From the NCBI GenBank assembly GCA_043228905.1, contig JBHGNT010000006.1:8184001-8248000 (forward strand): a stretch of DNA of 64,000 nucleotides, written 5' to 3'. The position numbers and the translations under genes are program-made. Positions 1-12,700 of this stretch are shown in pieces. Source of the DNA: Azolla caroliniana. Its lineage: Eukaryota; Plantae; Polypodiophyta. Each line of letters opens with the position of its first letter. Within the stretch, counting starts at the first letter, position 1. The notes beneath the pieces were generated by a model. It was not told where the DNA came from, did not search any database, and saw nothing but the letters and a program-made list of their open reading frames with translations.

Positions 1-69
1 CAATCATGGTATGGAAATGATATAATGTGCACTAATTTCTGAAGTTTGTCTTTTTTGTTTCTTTCTCAG

Positions 70-2793
70 GTCTAAGCTATTTGTATCCTGCGGATTTGAT
101 CCCATTCACAAGAAGGCCTCTCTTCATCATCATCGATAGTGATAAGAGTCACTTGTTTGAGGTTATTTATGCTCTTTTTGATGGTTTAGAAATGCAACTA
201 GTTTTAAATTTAAAGAGTAATTTTCGGAGATGAATGTTTTTGTTTAAATTTGTTGCTTTCCGTACAGGTCATCCATAGTGAAGAGAAGGGGGAACCAGCA
301 GCGATACTTCTATCCCCTTCTGGAAGGCATGGAGATTTATCGCCGTATCACCATAAAGGAGATGGAAGATTTTTTACATTCTTTCTTACCGCACCATTTT
401 TAGCTTTTTGCCAATTGGTTAATGTCCCGTTAACATCCTTAGCACCGGTAAAGTTTTTTCATTTTCTTATGACATGTTTTTTTTGTTATGATGGTAGCCA
501 AAGTTTACTATAAAATCTTGTTTTTTATAAATTTCTCTGACTTAATGTTGGAAGGTTTGTAGATTCTCGTCATGAACCATATTTAGGGAGTAAGGTTACT
601 ACGAATTATGATACAACCGAAGGTTTTCAGGCTTTTGCATTTATGAATCATAGTACACCGGAAGATCATTTAGACAACGTAAAATTATCTGTTTGTGGGT
701 AGTATTATCTTTTCTGACAGAAGTTCTTGCTAGCTTCCCCTAGCTAGTTAAGTATAGAAAATAAATGCTCTTAAAGAATTGGAAGTCACCTGGTTAGTTT
801 CTCTTAGCACCTTGCCTTTGCTTTGAGATGCTTAACTTGGAAAGCTATTTAAAGCTTGTATTGCAGGATGAAAAATTTGTGGTGCGTATCCAGTTATTCA
901 TTGATTCATGAACATTGAAATAGTTGGTGCTTTATTGGTGAGAAAGTTGCATGGTATTTATGTTTCTTGTCAAATTTACAGATGACACCCATTATCTCGT
1001 CAATGGGTCTATAAAGGTGATTACATTTTGCAAATGAAAGGCAGTGCACTGCATTGTACTTTGCAGCGCAATACCTTGGCTAATTATGGGTTTAATTATT
1101 CTTATTGTTTCCACATTGAGGGTCATTGAAATAGTTGGTGCTTTATTGGTGAGAACGTTGCATGGTATTTATGTTTCTTGTCAAATTTACAGATGACACC
1201 CATTATCTCGTCAATGGGTCTATAAAGGTGATTACATTTGCAAATGAAAGGCAGTGCACTGCATTGTACTTTGCAGTGCAATACCTTGGCTAATTATGGG
1301 TTTAATTATTCTTATTGTTTCCACATTGAGGGTCATTGAACCCAATTTAGGTTCTTCGGTAGGTTGGAGGTTCAAATATTAGGATTGCCATTTCACGCGA
1401 TTTAACATTAGTCACTTGTTAAGGACTGATTAGCATTAGAGAAGAGGAACTGAGAGGGATAGATGCAATAGAAGCTTGTTATGAACTCATGAAGATGAGG
1501 GTGCCACAACTATACATCAAAGTATACATTTGTTCTTATATACATAAGCAAACACTTCATGCTAAACCCTGGCAATGGTTGTTGCACAAACCTAATATGT
1601 AACATCTATACTAAAACCCTCCCAACCATTGCTGCCAAAATCAAACACAGAACAACTAAACGTCAACGAAGGTAAATTTTTGGCCTGGTTAGAAGTTCTA
1701 AAACCTCTGAAGCGCGTAAAATTTGAGATGTCAACGTGGTTGAATCGCATAGCCGCCTTATTTAAAGTGGTTGACTACACTCCACCATGGACATGATTGT
1801 TAAAGCTTTAGTTGTTACAGTTGTGAAGTGAAGATTGTATCTGAGAAGGAAGATACAGACGAACTGATGGGATTGTGATATTTTTTTCTTTTTTCAGGGT
1901 ACAAGTGAGCAAGTGCAAAAGCTCCTGACTTCTCTAATCGCACATTGGGGAAATACACTATCAGCGGTAGCTTTGAATGTGGTTTGGGTCCGTATAATGT
2001 GGGATCCTTTCTTAAGGCAGATGCTTCTCAGGTATTTTATTATATTTTCTCAGGAATTAGTTGTTTCAAAAAAAGATTTTAGATTTTTGGGCTAGGCAAT
2101 CCTCTAGCTTAAAAATGTTGGAGTTCTGTTTTTGTGTCGGATCAGATTCTTAGCAGTTATGATGTATGTATGGATATCATCAGTAGATTCTTTATGGGTG
2201 AAGTTGTGTATACTTTCAAGTTAGTCAATTCATTACTTAAGTAGAAGAATTTAGGTTCGTATGTCTCAAACAAAAAGATTTAGAGTTATGGATTCTGTTA
2301 AAAACAATGTATGTAGAGTTTCATATGTTAGTTCTTTAACTTAAAGATTTTGGAGTTCTGTTAGTAGAGAATGTACTACTACATGGGGACATTCTGGGCC
2401 TTTTTGAAGGCATATGGGTATTCTGGTAAATGCCCAATAACTTAGGGGGATGTTTCCTTTCCTATAGAGTTGTGTATAGTGATTTTTTTCAAAAGAGTTT
2501 TCTTTTGTCACATACTACTACATTTTCATGTTCTTTTCTGAGATGTCTATGTATTGTTGTGGCACAGGTTTATCTTCTGTAGAGCTTGCTTAGCGTTGCA
2601 CAGGGATTACCGGAGTAAATGGGAATACTTGCCTCAATGCCGACCAGATCTCCCAAATGAGTTACTTCCAAACGAAGCTGTCGTCGAACATTGTGTTCAC
2701 CAGATATCCAGTAGCCTTGGTGTAGAAGATCAGTTTGTTTTCATGACTCTTGTGCAAAAGAAATCAGAAATCTCACAAATGAGTATTTTGTAA
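70..2793 (+). CDS. SCAI: Protein SCAI homolog, 3' part (5' exons lie upstream of the window). Exons 70-161, 268-447, 1898-2031, 2568-2793
   Basis: GT-AG introns with consistent phases join LYPADLIPFTRRPLFIIIDSD / VIHSEEKGEPAAILLSP..FTFFLTAPFLAFCQL / VWVRIMWDPFLRQMLLR / FIFCRACL..YLPQCRPDLP. These motifs are recognised from the C-terminus of plant SCAI proteins. Stop TAA at 2791-2793. Confidence 0.88.
913..1340. repeat. Near-identical tandem duplication, unit about 211 bp (913-1123, 1124-1333), in a SCAI intron
   Basis: cattgaaatagttggtgc...ccacattgagggt occurs twice head to tail, with about 2 substitutions and one 1-bp indel. Confidence 0.95.
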
Positions 2794-3767
2794 AAGGATC
2801 TTGCATAAATATTTTATGCTCGGGAGAGAGGTGATGATAAAATCTTTGCAGAAAATCTGCGTGGCCATGTTATTGCATGATATATATATACATGCCTTTT
2901 TGCCTAATGGAAATGGTGCAGTGCACTTGTTACTGTCTTGTTCGTTTAAATGGATTAGAGAACCGATAACCATATAATGTTTTCTACTTTTCAGCTTGAT
3001 ATATTATTATACGCTAATATATCATGTCATGGTGTATTCTTCATTTGTTTTCCAAATAGCAAATTGCTATAGTCGTTACTATGTTTTCTTTTTAAGGATG
3101 GTTTGGGATGTATGTAATAATCTATTTTGAAAAACTTAACTTCCATCAAACTTTATGGCCTACACATTATTTTGTTGTTGCTTGTTTATTTGTCTATTGA
3201 CTTCTCTGGTAGAGGGCTTATATACACTATCTTATATATACTATCATAATGTTTGCTTAAAAATGAGACAGACAAAGTCTCACAACTATAAGAACAAAGT
3301 TAATTATGAACGTTAAGACATTGTGTGGACATCCATCTAGGTAGTTGAGCAAGTATTGGCCATTGATCGGATTGGCTTTGCCATTGATTCATCATTTGTG
3401 CAAATAGTTGTGGACAATGCCCCATGAGCATGGATTTTCATGTTTTGTTCTTCAATTACCTTTTGTGATTGTTAAGAACCATCCTATTTCCTTTGTCTTG
3501 AACCAATGAGAAACCCACCACACATATATAATAGAATAGGTACTTGAACATGTTTACAGCCATTGTGAGAGAACATTTTGCCCTTCAATAAAAAGTTCGA
3601 GCACAATGAGAAGTGTCCGCCCGCCCGCATGTGGCCGACAGCATATGATGAATCTGCCCATTCTTCTTCTTCTTCATCTTCTTCTTCTCTTTGATTGGGT
3701 TGTTCTCTTAACATTCAGAAAACTGTTCTACAAAGAGAACTCTCAAAATCCTTCTTTCTCAAAGGAA

Positions 3768-6700
3768 ATGCTCCGCACCGCCGCAGGCACTAAGGACTCC
3801 TCCTTCCTTTGCTTCTTCCGCAGAGCTTACACAGTTCTGAGCTTTGGTGATTGCAGTCAAGGAGCTCTTGGCCATAGCCATGGCTTCCTTTCTGACTCTT
3901 ACGAAGCTGCTCCTGTTGAAGATCTACCTGGAGATGTGATAAAGATCGCATCAGGCCACTATCATTCTTTTGCTATTTCTAGCAATGGGAATCTATGGTC
4001 ATGGGGACGAAATAACGAAGGTCAGCTTGGGAGAAGCAGTAAAGAATCCAGGTTAGGGTGAGCTGCCTTAAGCAGAACATGAACATAAATTTTCTTCTTT
4101 TTCTTCATCCTCATTGTTTTCATGCAATTTTGTGACGTATCTCAAATTTTGTTTGTCTATGTGCATACCAGTGTTCTGAGAAAAGATAAAGTATCTGAAA
4201 TTATGTATTTTCAGATGTAATTAGTTCCCTTAGAAGGGAAACCCCTTTTCTCATTTCTAAATTTCTCTGAGATTATGTATTTATAGATGAAGTTAGTTCC
4301 CTTGAAAAAGAAATACTTCTTCACTTTTTTCTTTTATCTGATGGACAGTTTGCCCTTTTGCTTTTGTATTAATTTTTATTAGTCTTATGTTGTCCAAACA
4401 TACTTTCATTTATATTGTTTTTCATATTTGTTCAAACTGTCATATCCATGTTTGATGAAAGATGAATTCATTAAAATTTTTGCTGAAATGATCTATTTAT
4501 AGATGATGTCGGATCCATAAAAAAGAACAAATTTCTCCATTTTTTATTTCTTGTACGTTTTTCGACTTGCTCATACCAGTGTGCTGATTTTGTTTTCGTT
4601 AAAAATGATTTAATGACAAATATGGATGGTTGATCCTTTAAGTAACATATCTTCCCCTTTTTCATGCAGTTTCTTGTGCTGTTTAAGCATGTTTTAATAG
4701 TGCATATCATTATTTGGAAAGGGTAATTTCACCATAAGTTAGTGAACCATCAGCATAAGTATGTCAATATTTTCAATTTTTTGGGATGAATGAAAATTTC
4801 CTGCATATCTACGCTTCGAGGTAAAGGATGGATGCACAAAGGATGTATATGCTAAGGAGAGTGGTCTGGCTAAGTATCTATTTACTCGCGAGACAATTGA
4901 TGTGTATAGTGGTGGTGTATACAATGGCATGCTCGCTTTGGATCGTTTCGCACCCCTTGAAGAACTTACCCAAGGATTGTCAAAATCATTGCATAAAGCA
5001 ACCACAAATGCCTTTCCTCACACAACAGCCAATTCCCCCAAACTTGGTAGAGTAATACAAAATAGTTGGTATGATGAGGAATGTTGTGATACAAGGAGAT
5101 GCTTGCAGCGTGATGTAACTCGGGGCATTTATACACACAAACAAGCGAGAACAACCTTCCAACGCCTCGTAAGGGAGAAGAAGAGATTGTATTTGGCTAA
5201 ATTTGTAGATAATTTGTATCGCTTGTTTCTAGGACAAGAAAGTAAAAGAGCATGGAAAATGTTTAATGAGAGGCAACCTACCACACAACTGACCTCACCT
5301 CAGATGTGGCATGAATATGCAAAGGTTCTATATGATATCCGGGGGTAACCACCTCTTCCCCACCCACATGGCTCACGCCCACATGAATCGACCTTTTTTA
5401 CTCCACAAGATGTAAGAAATGCCCAAGATCATGATGGATTGGTGGGTGAGCACTTTATCTATGCCTGTGACACCTTGCTCCTATTGATAGCACACATCTT
5501 TAATAGAGCCATGTGTGAAGGTTTCCCCACTAGATGGACTCAGCATACCATTGTGCCAATCCTCAAGAGTGGAGACCCCATGACGCCAAGCAACTATAGG
5601 ACAATCATGATTGGCCACTACTTGGTTAAACTATATGGGTTGATTCTAGAATCAGAATTGAGTATATGGGCAAAGCAGAATGGCCGTCGTTCAGTTGGAC
5701 AAGCAAGCTTTCGGAAGGGTTTCACAACTTTGGAGAGTTTCCTTCACACATGAATCGACCTTTTTTACTCCACAAGATGTAAGAAATGCCCAAGATCATG
5801 ATGGATTGGTGGGTGAGCACTTTATCTATGCCTGTGACACCTTGCTCCTATTGATAGCACACATCTTTAATAGAGCCATGTGTGAAGGTTTCACAACAAG
5901 CTTTCGGAAGGGTTTCACTACATTACATAGAGAGATTCGGGGGTTCAGGAGCATGCCTAACAGGTATAGCTATACAAATATCACTATATGCTGGTGATAT
6001 TGTGCTGATTTTTGACTCTCCGGAGGGACTACAAAGACATCTAAATGCCTTAAAACTATTTTGTACGGACAAAGGTTTGTCAATCAACATGAATAAAACT
6101 AAAGTGATGGTGTTTAGCACCACTCAAGCATGGGTAATAAGACCAGAACCAGAATTCTTCTTGGGAGAGGAAAAGGTGGAATACACAAGCTCCTACACAT
6201 AACTCGGAGTAACATTTACAGGGCCTAGGTTCTCCTTACAGGAGGCTGCTTGTGCTCGACTTTCTCGTGAACATGCAGCCCTTGGTGCTCTTGAACACTT
6301 GTCACACCAACTCTTCTCTGTGAAGTAGAAACATGGGGACCGAGTCTTAACGAGGCAAATCATTGGAAAGATTTAGAGAGACCTTTAGTGTCAATGATTG
6401 CTCGCATGATAAGGAGCAAAGCATCGGTGCCTCACGATATAATCCAGGCAAAGATGGGAGCAACACCTATAATAACTGAGGCATTGTTCCGATCAGTGAC
6501 ATTTATCCAACGTCTTTGGGAGCTCCCTAAATGAAGGTACCCAAGGTTGGCACTTATGTCATCAAGACAACTGGTTGAACGTGGGGACACTCATTGTTGG
6601 TATGTTGAAATGCAGCAATGGTGCAAGTGACATAGCATGAGTATAAATGCACTACCCATGTTCCAATATAGCTTGGACTGTCCCCATTTAAATATGACCA

Positions 6701-9700
6701 AAATGGAAAAGAATAGAGTGATCCGAATTGATATTATTAACTTGGAAAACAAGATAACATGGATCAACCCCCAAATACCACTTGGTACAAAGATGGCCCA
6801 CTATAAGACACACTTCTTACACACATCGGAGGATGGATTCATCATCAAGCCACCTTATATGGACACACATCTATCCTATGCGTTGCATAGTGTGATAGGC
6901 AGCTGCGAACTTCATCACATCAGTTACAAATTGAGGTAGGCAGATATACACAACTACCTCTAGAAGAGAGAATTTGCCAATTGTGTCATCAAGGAATGGA
7001 ATCTGAAGAACACTATGCTTGTCATTGTAGTGTCTTTTATGAAATCAGAGGGAGATACCATTGCCTCTTTAAACAAGGCTTTGGCCCACTATGCAAGGTA
7101 ATGGAATATGAGGACCAACGATGCCTAGGACTTTTCTTGCTAGAGCTCAAGAGACATCGGGAAAAGTTGTTGAAGAATACAGCCACACAAGCTCATCCAC
7201 AAAGAACAATCACAACTTTCTTTAGCCCCATCACTCCTACTGATGCTACAAGTCAATCATGGGATACACAAATGGGCTCCAGACCAAGACATAACAAAGG
7301 GGTTACAATTGATCGGGCAATAGCAATTTGCTGTGCACGTAGGCCCCAATCCCATGGACCACGACCTCGACACCCTTGCCATCGACAAATAAAAGCCATT
7401 ATCTCCCGCCATCGTTGGTGCATCCCTCGTTTCAGAGACATTTCCATTCTGGATCGATCTATGCTAGAGATCTTTCGAAGACAAAAGCTACAATATATCT
7501 AACTTGAGAATCTCACATGTGCCAAAAACCAGATTCCCTCATTTCTTTTCTTTTCATCTTATTTACTTTTATATTTACTGTGTAATTTGTTCTCAAAGAC
7601 CAGACAACACTTAAGATGTAATCTCTTGTTTGGTCTTATAGGCCATTTTGGCCTCTTAAAAGACGCTTTATCTTTCTTTCTTTCTTTCTTTCCTACCCTT
7701 CCTTTTGTGTTGATTCTTCCTGTCATTTTTTCATCCACCTCATTGCTCTCATGCTGTCATCATATAGTGCTACACCATCATGTATCAACATCTCTATTCA
7801 CTGTATATGTTCTGTATCATAATATTCTCATATAGAGAACAGTCTTTGACAAAATGTTCCCATGCAACTGCTTAAAGTTCTTTCTTTTCGGGATTTTTTA
7901 TTTGAAAAGCACTTTCTTGGCATTTGTAGAGCTATCCAACAGTTTTCAAAACAAAACCATGGAATTATGGGTGATAACAGATCTATGTTACCTTATACAT
8001 TATGTAATAAATCATTTTGGATTTGTAGACTTGACTATTATGGAATGGATATGTTTGGAATTGCACTCCAAGCCATGGTAGTGAAGCAACAAGTAGTGTC
8101 CATCTTTGTTATGTCAATCATTTGTAACTAGTAATTCATGTCAACCCATATTATAAGCATCTTTTTTAGATATGTGTCATATTCTGTGTTAAATATTGAT
8201 CTTATTATATTGATTTTTATTCTAGCGAGAAATGGTCACAAGCACAGAGAGTCAAAGGTCTTGAAGGTGTAAAGATTCAAGAAGCAGCAGGTTCTGGTGT
8301 TGTTTCAATGGCTATTGATGTTTGTGGGCAGTTATGGGCTTGGGGGAAATCAAAAAGAGGGCAGCTTGGTCTTGGAGAAGGAAAAATAGAATCACAATCA
8401 CCACAACTTGTTCAATCTTTGGTTGGCCAACACATTTTGCAGGTTTACAAAGGCTTTTAGTGCTTGATACTTATTTTGTTTTCCTTTAATGTATATCAAC
8501 ATTTTATAGTAGCTAATACATGTACTCTATAAGCAAGTATAGTGTATAGGTGCATGTGTATGCTTTTTCTTCTCTTTCACAATATATTGTATATAATCCA
8601 TTTCAGCTTACAAAGTATGAGGCCCTGCACTATCATTCTTTGGACAAAAACCTCATCTTGGATTCTGGCTGATTTAGTGCTACTACAGAGAGATTTGTTG
8701 TCCAACAACCTGCAATTTATAGGATGTCTTCTGATGTCCATTGTCAGAAGCATACCCGATGCATATATCGTAGAATTGAAAGTTTCTAACTTGAGAGGAT
8801 ATTGGTGATCAAGGAGATGGAAGTGTATTTCTCAATGATGGGCACAAAGGTTAAACTTATTGAATCATCTAGAATTTAGGGTGTGTATGACAGATGGACA
8901 CTAGTAACTATTTGTAGTTGCATAGGGTTTAGTGCCTTTTAAAATAGCCACATATATTGTAGATTGGATCACCTTTTTCCACATTGCTAAATGACACTCA
9001 TGGATAAACAAACTTTCATAGAAATGTATCAGCCAATGAATTAGAGTTGTATGATGAGGATATAATCATCTTTTGGACCTGCAAAAGGAGAATTTTGCAG
9101 TGGTTCTAATGGAATCTAGGAGAATGGTTCGGAGAGATCCTTTGTCTTAGACCCTCTTATAGTGCCTCTCTTAATATTTGTAAGTTCGGTAAGAAAGATT
9201 TTATTGAGGGAGTCTAAATTCTAGTTGAATATTATAGAATTCAGGAGATAAGCCATGTGACTGCCACAAGACCGTTAAGGCATTGCATTTGGATATTATC
9301 TTCTAAAAAGAACTAGACGAGAGATCTTAAGCTTAAATATAGAGAGCATATGGTATTTTTTTGACTTGGAAGATTGTTTCATTGAGGTTGGTAGAACTTT
9401 GTCCTATGCATATGAGGATGTACACCATATCTTAACGTACAACATGAAGTTGTTAGTATGCCATTTAGATACACATGCCATATTTCCCCCATGGCTCGGT
9501 TATGGGCTTAACCTTAAAGACCAATCCTGAAGGCTAATTTGCCTGGTTAAAGGTAGGAGAAAGGGGAATTCCATTATCCTATGACTTCAGACAAACCTAT
9601 AAAGACTAGTGGTGACATGTGGGAACACATGGCAGTCTAGGAGCCTGAGGAGTTATGCTATGTAAAGGAAACTAGCTAACTCTTTCATTATGACATCTCA

Positions 9701-12700
9701 TACATGATGTATAGTGAGGGAAAGTTCTTGTTTTTTGGGTCTGTATTTATCTTGACTCCAAGATATAATACGATAACCATATTGGGTGTACAAGCACAAC
9801 CTTGGGGATAATTTGTAAAGTCTAATTTTAATGGTTTTAAGGGTAGGATGAGTGGAAAACTGGTTCTCCTATGACATGGGACAAACCCATAAACATGACT
9901 AATATTTCAAGAGGATGTATGATATCACAAGTTGCTTAAATTAATGGCACAAATGATTGTGTCATTGCCTAAACCCGTGTTTACAATCATGGGTTGGTGC
10001 TCAAACCCAAGACGTTACAAGCTAATCCTTATCACTATATGCATACATATAACAAAGCTTTTTCAAGATGTGATATGTGCATGTATCATATGTGCATTTT
10101 CACATGTCTATTTGTTGAATTGGAATTGGTCATTTTCACAATATGGATGCAAACACAAGACCTTTGCAATTGGAGTTGACCTAACTCCACTTCCTACTTT
10201 GTCCAATGACTTTATCAAGACATACTTGAATTAATTGCAAGATTTAATGAATATGACTCTACATAAGCTTTTAAAGCTTCAAATATTTCATGATCATCTT
10301 GAAAATCTTGTTGCAAATATGAAAATGGATTCCCGGATGAAGGATAACCAATTTAGTAAACCTTCTTAGTAAAGCTATTTCAAAGAAAAAGAAACAAAGA
10401 ATAGAGGAAGAAATTTGCGCTTGGTTGGATGGTATGTAGTTTGTGGCATAAAAATTACCTACCCTCAAGTTGCATTACAATCTCATTTTCTGAAAGTTGA
10501 TTAAGTCCATAAGTTGGATTGGTCAAAGGAGCAAAATTTACATTATGTTTAGGACGTAACTTGGGTGATAGTTCCACGTAGAAAACATCTTCAAAACCAT
10601 TGACAATTGAATTGAGTAATTGTTTCTCGTAAAAGGTAACCAATTCACATTAATATTAAAATAATAATACTGAATTGCTAGATCAATTGTATGACAATAA
10701 AATAGAAATCATGAGTATTAAAGAGATTTTGAAGGAACTTTTGTACATTGAATGAGGGCTTAACATCATTTAGTGCAAAAGTGATCGAATGGTTAATCCT
10801 ATCAATGTCAAGCCTTTCCTCACATGAATTTATGTAGATCACCAGGAACTTTTGTACATTCAATCAGGGCTTAACATCATTTAGTGCAAAAGTGATTGAA
10901 TGGTTAATCCCATCAATATCAAACCTTTCCTCACATGAATCTATGTAGATCATCTACTTCTGAATTGCATCATTGACGAATTGTATTCTTGCGTCCACCA
11001 GGTAAACTTAATAAGTGAATAACTATGTGTTACGGGCATGACCATATCCTGTGGTAAGTTTTACCGTAGTACTTTATCCATGTGTATAGAATACTACGGT
11101 AAAACTTACCACAGGATATGGTCATGCCCGTAACACTATGTATGCTTTAAAGTCCCAACATTTGCACCAAGTAATTGTCAATAAATTTATGTGAGCTACC
11201 AATATCAAACAACAAATGCATGAGGTATCCATTTATGTATTCAATTTCTTAGACAAAATTCTTTGGTTCTGCTTTTTGCCTCTTTTGCTCAAGCTGACTA
11301 CAGTTGTGCTTCATATGCCTCTTTCTCTTGCAATATTGACATGAAGAGAGAATCATTGGGTTCCTTGCATTTCATGATGGATGATTTTGCGTTTGGTCTT
11401 GATGACTTGGGTTTTTATGATCCTTCTTTGAAGTGCCCATGTATCAACTTTCCCTCAAGTCTAGATTTTTGAATTTGTATTTGGATATGATGAATATAAT
11501 CCTCTAGGCAACATAATGACTTATTAGAGATTCATTGGGTTTTGAGCAGCTTTAGTTTGATAAGTTAGCTGTAGATATTGTCGTTTAAAAATGTCAACAA
11601 AGTTATCCTGAGTGTGCCCAAAATTTGTAAACTTATAAAATTTTATCACTTACTACATCCGTCATGAACCTGTAAAATCAGAATTAGTCATAAATGAATT
11701 TGTAAGCCAAAATTTGAGCCATTATCATGGTATTAATTTGACTAGTTTTATTAGTCAATAAATATATCTATATAGAGCCGTGACCTCTTTGTGTTCAAGG
11801 TAGACTAACAACAAAATCCATAGGTATACTTCACAACTTTAAGCCACTTTGTAATTTTGTAATTTTGTATATCATGCTGTAATTTGGCTGATTCAAGAAA
11901 GATGTCATACTCTACAAACCTTTTCTGACCCAAATTATGCCACCTAGGAGAAAAGAGCATGTTCTTAAATTTAACTTCCCCAATTAAAAATTTTCTTTGC
12001 AAGAGTGCAATGGTACATGCTTAACCTTAGTGACCAATTCTAAAGGCTAATTTGAATGTTTTAAGAGTAGGGATAAGTGGGAAGCTGGTATCCTATAGCT
12101 TTGGCAAAACCATAAGAACTTGTGACATGTGTCAACATGAGCCATCCTGGGAGCCCCATTTAAAGGAGAGTAGCTACTCCCTTCATTATTGCGATAGAGA
12201 CTGTATTGGTGAGCAAAAGCTATCATTCTTTGGATCTGTATTTATCCTGTCTTCAAAGAATGCGATAAACACTGTATAGGTGAGGCAAAGCTATCGTTTT
12301 TTGGATCTGTATTTATCTTGTCTTCAAGGAATTGTTTGGTAACAGTATTTGGTGGTATAAGATGCCAATGGGGTGTCATATTCATCTCTTGTGTTATGCT
12401 CAGGCGGTTTGTGTAGTTTAAGCACCTTAAACTATTTGTTTCCTCAAATCTTTTCATTAATTGCTTATCATTATATCGATTATAATAGTTATACACTTCT
12501 TTGGCTAAAATAGAAATTAGTGATGTGTTTTAATGGATAAAAAGTTTGTTTGATGGTTCATTTTTCTAATGCCATAGGAGTTTGAATTTATGAAGGCAGC
12601 GCTTATCATTAAATTTTATGTGGGAGTGTATTGTTTATAATATATTGTTAGCCAAATGTGTGGTATTGCCACTGACCAAATGGGTGAAATATCTTTTGGT

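Noticed and set aside
8600-9470. Possible ancient LINE remnants in introns (also about 13150-13860 and 24100-24550)
   Set aside because: Only faint motif echoes such as VEDEHF or SRLNRY, too weak without a profile search.
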